A DNA stretch of 64,000 bases from Eledone cirrhosa (lineage: Eukaryota), in assembly GCA_964016885.1 (NCBI GenBank), contig OZ024740.1, positions 89,838,001 through 89,902,000 of the forward strand. Direction: 5' to 3'. Numbering within the stretch: position 1 is the first letter of the stretch; each line of letters opens with the position of its first letter. The notes under the pieces are model-generated. The model had not been told where the DNA came from and searched no databases. It saw only the letters and a list, made by a program, of their open reading frames with translations. The translations under genes were made by a program, and so were the position numbers. Shown in pieces: positions 1-14,925 of the stretch.

Positions 1-95
1 TTTACCAGGGGGAAAACATATTGGTCCACCCACACACACATACACAGACATATATACACACACACATACACACGCGTACATTAACATACAGAGAG

Positions 96-133
<38 letters not shown>

Positions 134-243
134 TTCTTCGTATAAGACAAAAGCTGAAAAATATATTTTGACATGCTAAAATACCCCCCATTGCTTTCAG
201 ACACATTCTTACTGACCATCCCTGCTACCACGAATTACTCTGC

Positions 244-280
<37 letters not shown>

Positions 281-598
281 ATCTTAATAGCCATTTGACA
301 CACATCCCTGCTAACCATTATCACAACATCGAACACCTTACTACTACTACTACACACACACACATATTTGTTGTGAAAGAGTCATTTCTCAATCTTGGCG
401 CAAAACCAATTAGCGCTGGAGCCACTTTTTTAACATAAAAACAGTCTTGGCACAAAATCAATTTTTTACATTCACATGCCCTCTACCGACCAATCAAAAT
501 TATTTTGACCACAAGAATTTTTGCAACACCAAAGTAACGCTAGAGCCACTTGTTTATCATAAAAACAGGTAGAATTCCCAAAACTAATCAGATCAGAG

Positions 599-784
599 CA
601 AACAACACGGACACTCTATCTCAAAATTATTTTTGAAAAGCATTTAGAAATGCGCAACCGGTAAAAACTTAAACATTTAAAACCACAACTGAATACTAAC
701 CCATACAATCACTAATACTCTTTTATTCCTAATTAAACCCTTTTTCAACTGTGAACAATTTGTCAGCATTTTCTATTCCGTTTA

Positions 785-789
<5 letters not shown>
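599..789 (+). mobile_element. 3'-terminal fragment of an unclassified retroelement (probably PLE), copy 1 of 3
   Basis: Near-identical to 13968-14126 and 20151-20340; all three end at ...CTATTCCGTTTACCAA directly followed by (TA)n, with different 5' starts. Confidence 0.7.
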
Positions 790-816
<27 letters not shown>

Positions 817-817
817 C

Positions 818-1163
<346 letters not shown>

Positions 1164-1164
1164 C

Positions 1165-1575
1165 AGGGAAAAATGGAACCGGAACAAAACAGAGGGGCAG
1201 TACGAACAACAAATCTACAACCAATCCCTTCTATTATTCGGAAACTCTTTCCTTAGACATCTCAAACATAATTGGAAGGGATACCTAGACTATTGCTGCA
1301 TACTATGACAGCAATACATAAATACACTCACTCTTTTCAAAAATAGTATAAACAACATTAACAATAATGTACAATCACAATGGAATCTAACTCCAAGGAT
1401 TTAGTCTTCTTGGATATTCTCATTCTAAAAACAGATGGACAAATATAAACGGACATCTTTTATAAACCCACGGACTCCAAACATTACCTCTATTCACATC
1501 AAATCACACAAAATATACAAAACTTAACATTACTTTTAATTTAGCCAAACGTTAATGCATCATATTATCAGACCC
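1165..1575 (+). pseudogene. Decayed PLE reverse transcriptase fragment
   Basis: Manual translation: WKGYLD (motif C remnant), FLDILILK, TDIFYKPTDSKHYL, H..YTKLNITFNLAKR; stops and frameshifts; same type as 32345-32770. Confidence 0.75.
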
Positions 1576-1824
1576 CCACACAGACACACCACAAAATAAT
1601 TTTTAGTTTTTGGCAATTTTCCGAATTTTTTGAAAAAAAAAAATTAATTCCCCACCACAAAGGAATCTGTGACAAACAGGCTGAAAAATACACATACACA
1701 CACCGCAAACCCATTTCCCCCCATAAACACATATAAGCATTGCCATATATATATACACAAAAATTACTCATTGTAGAAGTTACTGCCCGAACTACTGATA
1801 CACTACTCTGATATACACACACAC

Positions 1825-2602
<778 letters not shown>

Positions 2603-3346
2603 ATAATTTATTAGGTATTATAAACTAATTAGTTGGAGTGAAAATTTAAGTAAGTAAGTAAAAAATTTTCACTCCAACTAATTAGTTTCTGCAATGGGAT
2701 AAAGACAGTTACGTAATCCAACTGTCGAGAATTCATTGCGTCATCAGGGAGTCTATTCTCAGTTAAGTCTCCAGGCAATGCGCGGACACTGGCGGCTCAT
2801 ATAAAAATAATAATAATTCGGTAGATCAAACAGCTGGCGAGGACTGGATTCTATGTACCGAAATTCTCACTGCTTCAAGTCAAATGGCCGATTCTAAAGA
2901 ATCAATCACGTGACACAGAGGCTAGTTAGAAGGAATGGGATGGTTAGATGACTGACGCCTACTAACACCCCCCCAAACAAAAATTTTTTTTTAGAAGTGG
3001 TTTTGGCAAGTTTGCTCGACAAATCAGTGATTTGGAGATAAATATAGATAATTTAATATATCAACTAACATAAGCGCACAGATGCACGCCCATGCTAGCA
3101 AATACACAGGTTATGTCATAGTACCTAGATGGTTCAATGTAGGAGAATGCAGAACGGACCACGGTTACCGAGATATGGGTTTTTTTCCGGGTACCTTCAT
3201 AAACAAAGAGAGAGAAAGATATCTAATTACGTCAGGAAATGAATCTGGAAAAATGTTTTTACATTGAAAAATCCTGGGACTAATTTTCTCTTACAAATAT
3301 CCGAATGTTTTTCTACTACTTGTAAATATGTATATATATATATATA

Positions 3347-3610
3347 TGCGGAATACCAACAGTATGAAACAGAGATCTATCAGTTTATCTCCCTTTGTTT
3401 GTTGAAAAAAGAGTTTCAGCGACATAGTCACTACTTTAAAACAATAGCGTAAGGTCTTCAACATGCTTTTAATATAGTGTATTGTAAAATAGTGTATTGC
3501 AAATATAGTGTATTTAATATAGTATATTGCATATAGTGTATTGCAAAATACACTATATATACATTCATATATATATATAGCTATTTCAGAGCACCAATTA
3601 TAATTTCTGT
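3347..3610 (+). repeat. Diverged partial copy of the 330-bp hammerhead repeat at 19120-20068
   Basis: Shares GAAAC..AG.TCTATCAG.TTATCTCCC, GTCACTACT.TAAAACAATAGC and GCAAAATACACTATATATACATTCA(TA)nGCTATTTCAGAGC.CCAATT. Confidence 0.8.
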
Positions 3611-4449
3611 TCTGGTTGTTTCCGAAATAATTTATGACTGTTATGAAATATGAATACTTCAGAGAACACTATTTTTTCAAAAAGAAATTTAATGTTTTGT
3701 TATCTTTGAATATTTTCACGTTAAATAATTCATAATCTCTTATGTACACCAATACTCTGTTGTAAAATATTTATGATTTTATTGGCAAATCCGCATTCTT
3801 TTTTACATCGCATTACATACGGATGATTAAATGATGCTTTAAACGCACTTTCACACTGCTAGAAGTGTAATTATAAAAAAAACGTTCGCATGATTGGAAC
3901 ATTGCTAGGGATATTTCAAATGTGGATGTGGACTGCATTTTCTATACACATAGAATATCCTAATGATCCATTAGGATGCAGTTGGGTGCATGAATGTAGT
4001 TGTGTGATGGTCCACGCGGATGATTAGCTTTGAATTAAATGTAGATAATGGCGAAAGTACATTAATACATTTATAGTTGGTTTCTGTTAGAATTAGAATA
4101 TTTACTCCAGAGAGTTAAGATAGTATGTTTTATGCAGAGGTGTATACATATATATGAAGATAAACGTAGTTTGGAAATCATTCGAATAAATAAACTACAT
4201 TTATTAGCCTCTCAAATCTTGATATACGATTTGATATTGTCATCTAAAACAGTAATTGAAATTCATCAAAACATAATTTCACGCATGTTACTTTGTTAAT
4301 GTAATGGAATATTATAACAGAGTATACATTCGTGATGCATACTAGCCACAACCACATATCGAAAACAGATACTATGGAATCTAGAAAATATGTTTTCTTT
4401 ATTTCTGCTATAATAATGATTATGATTTTCTCCTGAATCTACGGAATTT

Positions 4450-5650
4450 ATAGCCTTGGTCTTTGGTTACTTCCCTGTACTTTGTGCGGCTAAGTAATGC
4501 CGAAGAATATCCATGATTGATTACAAAATTTCCTACGGTGGTCGTGATTCCATACAACGTTTTCATCAGATGATACAAATCTAATGTAAATTCTGATCGA
4601 TGTCATTCTCCCAATTAATCTCGAATTGAAAATTTCTATTAGGTTAACGAAAACAGCTTGTCTTACATGTGCTGCAGAAGCACTTTTGTTGGTGAACGTG
4701 AGGGTCGTAGACGATAGTGTGTAGTGTTTTGGCACAGGTCAAAAAACAAAACATTTATTGTACACCCTATCCAAAGGACCAGTCTTGTCATTCAATGTAT
4801 CACGGTGTATAACTATGATAATTATGTTATGATTATAGGTGTCTGTCGAATGATCAGTCATTTGCACGGTAATTTCCTATGCAGGTTATTGCGTGGAACA
4901 ACCAGATGGAACACTATTCGTCGAAAACATTACCTATGTGTGAGTTTTGGATTTAAAATTTCAAGGACATCCCCCATTGAAAAGAGAGTATTTCAAATAC
5001 AGAAAGTAATGTTACATGAATAATATTTGGGATGATTTAAATTATATGTGCATTGTTAGATATATAGAGTACTTATATTTGCCCATATATATAATATCAG
5101 ACAGAGACGGGAACCCTTGTGCTTCTTAAAGTCCTAGAAAGTGATTATAACCAATGACAAAGAGATATATCAGTTTCTGACGTCAGATTAATTCCGTGTA
5201 GAATCTTCCTCCAATAGAGGACATAGAATTCAGAAATGCTCGACATAATATCAGACAGAGACGGGAACCTTTGTGCTTCTTAAAGTCCTAGAAAGTGATT
5301 ATAACCAATGACAAAGAGATATATCAGTTTCTGACGTCAGATTAATTCCGTGTAGAATCTTCCGCCAATAGAGGACATAGAATTCAGAAATGCTCGACAC
5401 AATCACGGTGACGTCATTCCCATATCTCGACACACCAATTTCACGTCCTTGCTAAAGAGAGATATATGCCTTGCAAGAACTTCAGCTACTGTAATAATGG
5501 CACGAGAGCCAGAACTTACACAAAGGAGGAGACAGGGAAATAGTTCCGTCTGTAATGTAAGCACAGAATGTGAAATGGTAGAAAACTTTATTTCAGGAAT
5601 TTCGTCTGTGGTTCCAACAATTCTGCCTACTCTCCATTTAAAATAATCCT
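4450..5650 (-). pseudogene. Possible highly decayed cadherin/protocadherin-like relic
   Basis: Minus-strand pieces NDKTGPLDRVYNKCFVF...LSSTTLTF, TDEIPEIKFSTIS, VKLVCRDMG and LTSETDISL resemble LDRE, DxNDxxPxF and CxDxG motifs; many stops. Confidence 0.3.
5091..5398. repeat. Tandem duplication, two units of about 154 bp
   Basis: ATAATATCAGACAGAGACGGGAACC...GAAATGCTCGAC at 5091-5244 and 5245-5398, nearly identical. Confidence 0.95.
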
Positions 5651-6681
5651 GGCATTTTTTTTATTATTATAGGCCAGCTGATTGTATCGATGAGCTTCAT
5701 TTATTATCATGTTTATCTTTTTAACATATACTTTATAAATATTTGTTTCATTTCATTTCTAGTAAAAGGAGGAAATACTTTTCTGGTCTTTTGTTTCTTC
5801 TATTTTGTTTCATTTTGCTTGAAAGCGGAATGATCCTAATATATAATATAATAATGGAAATTATTATTCTTACCATATTTTTATGTTCGGAGTAAATTTT
5901 GTGAAATTACTCGTTCCAATTAAAATAAAGTATTGGCTATATACTTTGAAGTTTTGAATATAATGCTGCCTTATAAAAGATTCCATTCATTCAAACAGCA
6001 TAAATATATGATATAATTCTATTGCCATTTTTCCGATCTAGATTTTTAAACGATTTGTATTCAAATATTCAATAATTTAGCTTTATCTGTCAATTTGGCA
6101 TACTTTCATATGAATCCCTTGGTTGTTCGGTCATTAAAATAGTGATACTAACTTTTTCCCTTGAAGAGATCTTTCAATATGCGCATTATTTGTTGCATTT
6201 AAAATTCTAATGACTGGTTTAAAGTTTTGTGCAAATAAATACATTAGAAACTTCATTTTTTGTTATATAGTTCTAGGTCTATATTACAACTGAATATATA
6301 ATACAAGAGACAATAGGAATTTTAGCACACCACGAAAGTTCGTGTAACTTCAATCAATAATATAATCATATTATAAAATTTGAAATTCGTAATTCAATTG
6401 GTATATTGAGAAGTGTCTCCAATAATAATGAAGGAATACATTGTAGCATACTTTGCCTCTTTTATTGAGAAAGATATTTGATTTTATCGCACCCCCACCC
6501 TCACGTGAAATATGAAATAATGAACTGGATTAATGCACGATGGGATTGTGTAGAATTATGTAAAATCGATATATCTAATATATAGCCTTTAGATTTGTGT
6601 AAAAAGTTATTGGTTTTAAAACTGTATCAAGGAAATGCGAATTTATAAAACTGAAAATATGTCATACAGAATATATGTTTG

Positions 6682-6767
<86 letters not shown>

Positions 6768-7114
6768 GAAACGCTTACCTACAAAGTACAGAGTAAATAA
6801 CTACAATTCATCACCAATCGTATTGGATAGTTGACGTACATATAGTCTTGTAGTTTCCATGCATAAAACATTCATTGGAGAATCATATGAAGTGAATTCT
6901 TTCCCTCTGTTTAAATATAGGAAACCCGCCCAGAAAGGGAGATAAATAGAGAGCGTTTCCAGGAAACAAACATTTCTATATATATGTAGTGTAGCAATTC
7001 CCATTCCTACAACGAATTTCGAACAAGTAATTCTAACAGCAATGAAATGTGGTGTTTGTGAATGACAGTGCGTGAGTGTACGTGCGTGTCTGTACGTGGA
7101 TTTGTAAGTACGTG

Positions 7115-7480
7115 TAAAGGAATGAGCCCAAATTACACTAACCTATTTCTCGGCTTGTTTGAGGCCCAAATGTTTGCCCAATTCTCGAGCAACATCCCCG
7201 TGCTATGTGGCCGTTATATTGACGATTGTATCGACGCTATATCAAAAGCTCGAGAACAGGTCGCCCTCTTTTTCTATTTCCTCCGCTCCTTCCACCGCAC
7301 ACTCGGTTTTACCACCTTCATCTCCACCACCGCATTTCACATCCTGAACATCTCGGGCTCCATTGAACCCTCAATCGCTCCATCAACACCTCCATCTACT
7401 TTAATCATACTGACTCCAATTCTTACTTCTATTTCACCCTATCCCACACGGTTCACACCAAATTCTCCATCCCTTACTCA
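7115..7480 (+). pseudogene. Decayed PLE RT fragment; C-rich decayed body probably continues to about 9170
   Basis: MSPNYTNLFLGLFE (motif B), GRYIDDCI (motif C), SFHRTLGFT in ORF 7062-7616. Confidence 0.75.
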
Positions 7481-10400
7481 TAATTCCTCAGCCCACAGCA
7501 TCTTTACAGGTGAACCCACAACGTTGAGGCTCACGACCATTACATGTCTGGCAACAATACTCGCCGAGATTAGCACTCCTCTCACTGGTCCATGTCGTTT
7601 ACCCTTGCGCCCCTAAAGTTGACTGCACCACAACCCTCTTCCCCCTCACAAACCGACTCCATTCCCCGCTTACTAACCACCAAACCCCCTATCCCTCCAG
7701 ATATCGGTCGTCCGAAAATTCTATCACCACCGATCAACCCCTCCAGCTACACAATTTCCATCCTCCCAAGCTTCCTTCTTTCAAACGCACACTCAACCAC
7801 AGATCTCTTCCTCCCATCAATTTCTTTCCCTGATAATTCCCTTGTTCCCGAGTTGCTGTCACACTTGCCATTATATGACTAGCAGCCAACGGTGAATTTT
7901 CCATATCCAGTACTGCTCCCGCTACACCTCATCCAGCTTTCCCTATGGGCAAGGCAGCACGCAATACGCAGCTGTCTATCCTGCACAAATTGTGCCTTGA
8001 GTGTCGGTCTGGTTCGCCAAGCGCCTCAGAGACATCTGGCTCGGCAATCGGTTCCTGGTCACCCCACATTTCAAATATGCCGGACACTGTCCACAGCCTC
8101 GCAGTGTGCACCCTTAGATCTTGTTATATGGTCCCTTACATACACTTGAGACATTAGCAGCATACTATTTTTTCCGGGCCTGGACCAGAACCGGTTTAAA
8201 TTCCCTAACTACATTCTGTTACCCTTGTCCACTAAGGCAAATATTTTACCAACATACACTCCACCTCGTCACCTAAACACCCACACAGATCAACACAAGC
8301 AATTCCGAAGGTAATCTAAAATTTACCTTTTACACCGTTAACCGTACACCCAGCACTAGCTAATTAAAGACCGGATCACACCACCCACCCACCACTAAAA
8401 ATACAATCTCCCATCTAACTCCACATCTAGCTGCTCTAATACCCATATACAAACACTTGAACCACTTCTCCCGCTAATACTACAAACAATCTGCATGCTA
8501 TTCCACCATCAATCCACACATAGCCGCCTACACCAAACCAACAACCTTGTTTCTTACTCCATTGACCCCAGTACCACCAACACAAACACGCATGCATCCT
8601 AACAAAACTCCCTCCCAAATCACTTCCTTTTTGTATGCGCCACACTCTCCGTCTTCCCCTACATCATCAGATTCCTAACCTAATCACATTCTCTCTGGCC
8701 ACTTCACAAACACCAACTCATTAAACAGATCTTTTGGACACCAGACTACACGTGGATATTCGGATACACACACATATAGTCAGAAACCCGTATATAAACT
8801 AACACATACATAAACATAAACACACACGTACACAGACACACTCACGCGCACACACATGCTAAAAAAAAGGAAAAACTCACAAACATAAACACTCCAACAA
8901 TATAAGTTTCACTGACATGCACGTGTACAACCATACAAACAAACAGAAACAATAATGCTCACATACATATTTCACTGCACAGGCACGCACACAAGCACAC
9001 GCATGAAACACCTTGACCTATACCTCAGCCCCTACTCCCGTATACCGATGAAGTCACCTAAAACCCCAACCTACTTAACAACATTTTTCAACCTTTCATG
9101 TACTTACATTTCCTCTCTCTATCCAAACTCTCCATTTGGGGGTGAAGGACATCCCTCTGAATAATCGAAACCACTCCACTTCCTATTAAGTGCGATCCTA
9201 ACATACATATGCATATTCGTGAGGCTATCATTGAGTTCATATTTGCATATAACCAAGACTCTAAATGATGATCACCAAGTTGACAGCATTTATTCCTAGA
9301 TTGCATAGAAATATTTCGTTTGATGCAAATCCCTCATTTTGATGATAACCACTCTTAAATGCATATTCTGAAATGACAATATGTCTTGCTTCGCAATATA
9401 TGTGAATATATACATTAACTTCTCTTTGATATTCCATTTAAGATAGCATATCCTTGAATTACCTTTCTATCTTCATCAGCAAAAATAAAAAATAAAACAT
9501 CTTATACTAAATTACATATATGTAATGCATAATTCTCCGTCTTTAAATTTAATATTTCTGATGTAAGATTGTGTTTGTAATAAAATTAAAACAGCAAAAC
9601 GATATCATATTACATATGGTTACACATTTTCGGCAATTCTGACTCATTTTAATCAAATTCATTTCAAACGACAATATTAAATTTCACATACATTCATAAA
9701 TGTTATAGATAATTCTCAAACCAGAAATGTGTTGATAAAAAATGTTTACAAATCATATTTGATTTATCGGCACTATTTGTTATTTATGATTTGCCGTAAT
9801 TGATTATTCTTTGTTTCAAAGAGAGAGTTCATAAAATTAAGAAAGATGGAAGGTATATTTCCCCCATCTTTTATTTATTATAAATGCTATTATTGTGTAA
9901 ATAAATGCCATCAAATTTATATTTAAATATGTTTTAATATATAGAAGAAATAATAATGTCAGAACAAACAAAAATATATGTTTGTTTGAGACGAGTAGCA
10001 ATTTAAGTAATTTAAAGCAATTAAACCGCACGAAAGACAAGTTAGAATATTTTTGGAAAATAAGAACACGTGTTTCGTGAAAGGATGGAGGACAGGCTGC
10101 TTCTAGGTTAATTGTTACACAGCGGTTATTTTTCATTCTTTAACGTCATGAAAGTCTGAATATTGTAGAAAGAACATGTAGGTGAGCTCGATGGTTTGAA
10201 GTTTACCATGGACAATTTCATGGAATATTTCGATAAACTGGTTCAGAACGGGGTAACATTTTAAGACAAATAAACTGAAATAAACGTTACAGGTTCATTT
10301 CTTCTAATTCATAACAAATTGCATTCATACAGTGATGGAGTATTTTAACAGCAGTATAATGAAATACGACTGTAAGATTAACGATTTATGCAGAAACGGT

Positions 10401-10553
10401 CCTGCCCTCATTCATTTCAAAAATAAGTTCAACCTAAAGCACTACAATGGCACAGCCTTTCGAATGTCATCAAAATTGAATTTATTTCATAAATTTTGAT
10501 TACAACTAGGAAAAAGAATGTATCATTCTCTCTCTCTCTCTCCCCTCTCTCTG

Positions 10554-10653
<100 letters not shown>

Positions 10654-11304
10654 GAGAAGAAAGAAGAATACTGCGTGGTTGCAGATGGGTTACATATGAT
10701 AAAATTAGTCCTTCGTCAGTGATTTGCCGACCATCATTGATATTTCATCGCATTAAAAATCATATACGTCAGGTTGGTTCGAGCAATAACTAAAAAAAGC
10801 TATTGTGACAAGTAAATCGCGTAAAGCGAGTGAGACAAGTAAACAACATAGAAGGATAAAAGCAAACCGAAAATAGGAAAATAAACAAGCAACATTGTTA
10901 TCCGGTCAGCATGAGCTGGGTGGATTTCAAGAGCGATCAACATACAGACCGTCCGACGTGAGTGAGATGTGAGCAAGAAGAGAACCCACTACTAGCCAAA
11001 CGGGAGGAATTGAGAAGGGGAGAAACAGAGAGTGAATGAGTGGAAGTGCGAGGAAGAGGTCAGTCGAGAGAAAGTGTAACTGACAGAGGGGGCGAAAGAA
11101 GGTGAGAGCAACAGAGAAAACGGGGAAGCAGTAAGAGAGAAACAGACAAACGCAGCCGATATATATATATATGAACGTAAGTATAGTATATTTGCAAATA
11201 TACCGTATGTTTGATTAAAAGCATTTAGGAAACCATTCGCTACCAGTTTTAAAGAGGTGACTATGTCACTTACTTATATATATATTACTTATTACTTACA
11301 TATG

Positions 11305-11336
<32 letters not shown>

Positions 11337-11341
11337 CAGAA

Positions 11342-11385
<44 letters not shown>

Positions 11386-11848
11386 AAAAGGTATATATCA
11401 ACCCCTTATTAATGGCTAGACTGCTCGCTCCTCTGTTAATTGTAATATACAACGCCATTTTTTGTTCTCTTCTCTCCATCTTTCCCGGTCCATTCATCTA
11501 TCCGTATCATCGTCCAGAATCCAATCTTTGCTATCTTTCAATGCTATTCTATAATTCTGTCTGATTGTTCAAAATAATCTTCTTGTATTTTAAAATCCCA
11601 TAATTCTTCTCTTATATGCATTTTCAATTATGCCCAAAATTCGAGGATTTTATTTAAACCTTCTCTATATTTTATAACCTTCTCGTTCGTTTTCTAAAAT
11701 AACCGTCTCTTTTTGTTTAATTATGGCCGAAATTCTAGGATTTTATAAAATAGCCTTCCTGCTCCCTCCTAATCTATACCTCCCCCCCCCTATATATCGT
11801 ATACGCGCCTGCTGGTTCCCTCTCTCAATCCCTTCCTCACTCACCAAA

Positions 11849-12535
11849 TATAAACTAATCAGAGAGCGAATTGATCTAGACGAAATGCAGTTCGGGTTTG
11901 ATCAGGAAAAAGTACCACAGACGCTCTTTTAATTGTACGACAACTACAGGAGCAGTACCTAGCTAAAAGTAAACCCCTATACTTAGCTTTTGTTGGCTTG
12001 GAGAAAGCCTTTGACAGAGTCTCACGCCCCATTATCTGGTGGGCTCTCAGAAAACTAGGTGTTGATGAATGGCTTGTGAGAGCTATACACGCCATGTATA
12101 AATACACAGTCAGCAAGGTTAGAATTAATAACGAATATAGTGAAGAGTTTATCGTAAAAGTTGGTGTTCATCAGGGCTCCGTACTTAGTCCCCTCCTATT
12201 TATTATTGCACTTCAGGCTATAACAGAGGAGTTCAAGACCGGCTGCCCATGGGAACTCCTATACGCTGATGATCTAACGCTTATAGCTGAATGAATGGCT
12301 GAACTAGAGAAGACATTCCAAACATGGAAGCATGGCCTAGAATCAAAAGGCCTTAAAATGAACCTGTCTAAGACTAAAGTTCTAGTATGTAAGAAGGAAA
12401 ATAGGGCACCGGTCCCATCTGGGAAATGGTGATGCTCAGTGTGTAGTAAAGGAGTAGGCAGAAACTCCATTTTATGTCCCAAATGCAAAGTATGGGTGCA
12501 TAAAAGATGTAGTGGGATCACATGTAAGCTAGCTA
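11849..12535 (+). mobile_element. RTE-clade LINE RT fragment (pseudogene), truncated at both ends
   Basis: MQFGF, AFVGLEKAFDRV, GVHQGSVLSPLLF, LLYADDL and the Cys cluster CSVCSKGVGRNSILCPKCKVWVHKRCSGI; frameshift and stops. Confidence 0.92.
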
Positions 12536-12546
12536 AGAATATATAT

Positions 12547-13395
12547 AATACGTCATTAATAGGAGCGGAGAAAAACAATTACGCGCAAAGACAGAACCAC
12601 GTTTATGGTATAAGAGAGGTCGTCGACTAATGTTCTCTTAGGTGGTGCATAGAGACGTTCTCTGGCAATGAACGTAAAAAAACGAAGATAAACGTCATAT
12701 TCGTGTATTTACATGTAGGTATGTATGTGCGCTTGTTATATACGTATTTATTTATTTATATACGTTTATATAATGATTTATTTATTTGTATACACGCTTA
12801 CACACACACACATATTTATACGTGCGTGGTTTTGTTTACCTATGGTAAGTTTTTGCGTATGCCTGTGTATGTACGTGTTTGTTCGCGTGTATGTATTTAT
12901 TTCTCTTACTTCTGTATTGTATTTATTTACTTTGTTCTTAACTCCGTAGCGGAGTTACATTCGGTCTCCTAGTTAGAATTTAGTCTACGACTTCTGCTAT
13001 ACCTTTTACGTGGTTTTGTCTTTGCGTGCTATTGTTCTCCACGCTCCACATATGACGTATTATCTTCGTTTTTTTCGTTCATTGCCAGAGAACGTCTCTA
13101 TGCACCACCTAAGAGAACATTAGTCTACGACCTCATTTATACCATAAACGTGGTTCTGTCTTTGCGCGTAATTGTTTTTCACCGCTCCTATTAATGACGT
13201 ATAATATTCGTTTTTTCCCGTTCTTAGACAGCAAACGTTTCTACGAACCAAAGTTTCGTCTTCATGTCTTCCTCCGGTTGCAACGTTTTTTGAAATATCC
13301 AGTTCTGTGTTTACAGATTGACTTTGTTAGTTTCAGAAGATTCAGTTAAGGGTGAAAGCAGCGATTCTTTGCTTAAACTTTAATATGTTATTTTA

Positions 13396-13400
<5 letters not shown>
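12547..13400. repeat. Inverted and tandem repeat unit, probably a PLE 3' UTR pair
   Basis: 12547-12700 is the reverse complement of about 13050-13202; internal ~140-bp tandem (12980.. vs 13120..); 13326-13398 is repeated at 13774-13848; ends in (TA)n. Confidence 0.7.
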
Positions 13401-13440
<40 letters not shown>

Positions 13441-13444
<4 letters not shown>

Positions 13445-13530
13445 GAGGGTCATATTGTTGTAATAATATTGCCAGAAATGACATCAGGACACACTCACAG
13501 TTTGGTTGGTTTTCGCATCTGTATCCTTTC
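13441..13530 (-). mobile_element. 3'-end fragment of the PLE family at 44675-45925
   Basis: GGAGGGTCATAT..TGTAAT..TATTGCCAGAA...ACACACTCAC.GTTTGGTTGGTTTTCGC matches 44592-44660 and the reverse complement of 45783-45855. Confidence 0.75.
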
Positions 13531-13575
13531 ATACCAAAAACCTCTCAAAACAAATCAAATATTTATATATATTTA

Positions 13576-13647
<72 letters not shown>

Positions 13648-13678
13648 ATTCCGGGTTGAATCGGAGGTAACCACAGTA

Positions 13679-13729
13679 AGATTCCTGATGATTTCTAATG
13701 AATGAAACAGTTCTAGTCCTGTAGAATCT
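13679..13729 (+). ncRNA. Type I hammerhead ribozyme motif
   Basis: AGATTC-CTGATGA-tttctaatgaat-GAAA-CAG..CTG-TA-GAATCT: 6-bp stem I, canonical core, GUA triplet. Confidence 0.8.
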
Positions 13730-13731
13730 CA

Positions 13732-13780
<49 letters not shown>

Positions 13781-13934
13781 TCGGAAAATCCCGTTAAGGG
13801 TGAAGGCAGCGATTCTTTACTTAAACTTTAATCTGTTATTTTAATAATTTTTTGCTCTACGGTTCTTATATATTTGATATATATTTATCCTTATCGAGCC
13901 CTCTTTGGATTTTAGTGTTCAAATTTATTGTTAT

Positions 13935-14239
<305 letters not shown>

Positions 14240-14263
14240 ATATATATATATATGTATATATAT

Positions 14264-14765
14264 AAAATACGTATTTAAGAAAACCACAACAATGCAAAGG
14301 GGAATCTCGAGGTAGGAAGTGAAATATAGATAGGAAAAACAGGTGAAAGTGAAAATTGAGAGAGACAAAGATGAAAACAAAACAAAGGTAGAAGGGTTAC
14401 CGTAGTAGAGATTTAATCCCAATATTTCGGGCTCACGCCCATCAACGGGGGAAAAGTTCCAAAAGGGGGGAAACAGGCCAAGCGGCATTCCTGTCTTAAC
14501 GACATCACAACTTTCTCCGCTTGGCCTGTTTCCCCCATTTTGGAACTTTGATGTGCGTGAGCCCGAAATATTGGGATTAAATCTCTACTACGGTAACCCT
14601 TCTACCTTTGTTTTGTTTTCATCTTTGTCTCTCTCAATTTTCACTTTCACCTGTTTTTCCTATCTATATTTCACTTCCTACCTCGAGATTCCCCTTTGCA
14701 TTGTTGTGGCTTTCTTAAATACGTATTTTACACATTTCACAATGCTTCAAGCAAACTTCAACACC

Positions 14766-14769
<4 letters not shown>
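14264..14769. mobile_element. Palindromic pair of PLE 3' UTRs (head-to-head)
   Basis: Arm 14264-14485 is the reverse complement of about 14517-14729 with a ~30-nt spacer; terminal motif CACAATGCTTCAAGCAAACTTCAA shared with the 14926 end of the large PLE; (TA)n flanks. Confidence 0.85.
14418..14451 (-). ncRNA. Variant minimal hammerhead-like motif (core CCGUUGA)
   Basis: Minus strand: CCC-CCGTTGA-t-GGGC-GTGA-GCCC-GAAA-TA-TT-GGG. Confidence 0.55.
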
Positions 14770-14854
<85 letters not shown>

Positions 14855-14869
14855 ATATATATATATATG

Positions 14870-14923
<54 letters not shown>

Positions 14924-14925
14924 TA

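Noticed and set aside
2703-2750. Minus-strand CTGATGA...ACAGTT..AACTGTC hammerhead remnant; similar weak cases near 2348, 10720 and 13334
   Set aside because: GAAA or stem I missing; too degraded to call
4490-4735. Cys-loop receptor-like snippet (IEIFNS...VSSDENVVW)
   Set aside because: No Cys-loop or FPFD motif; short chance similarity
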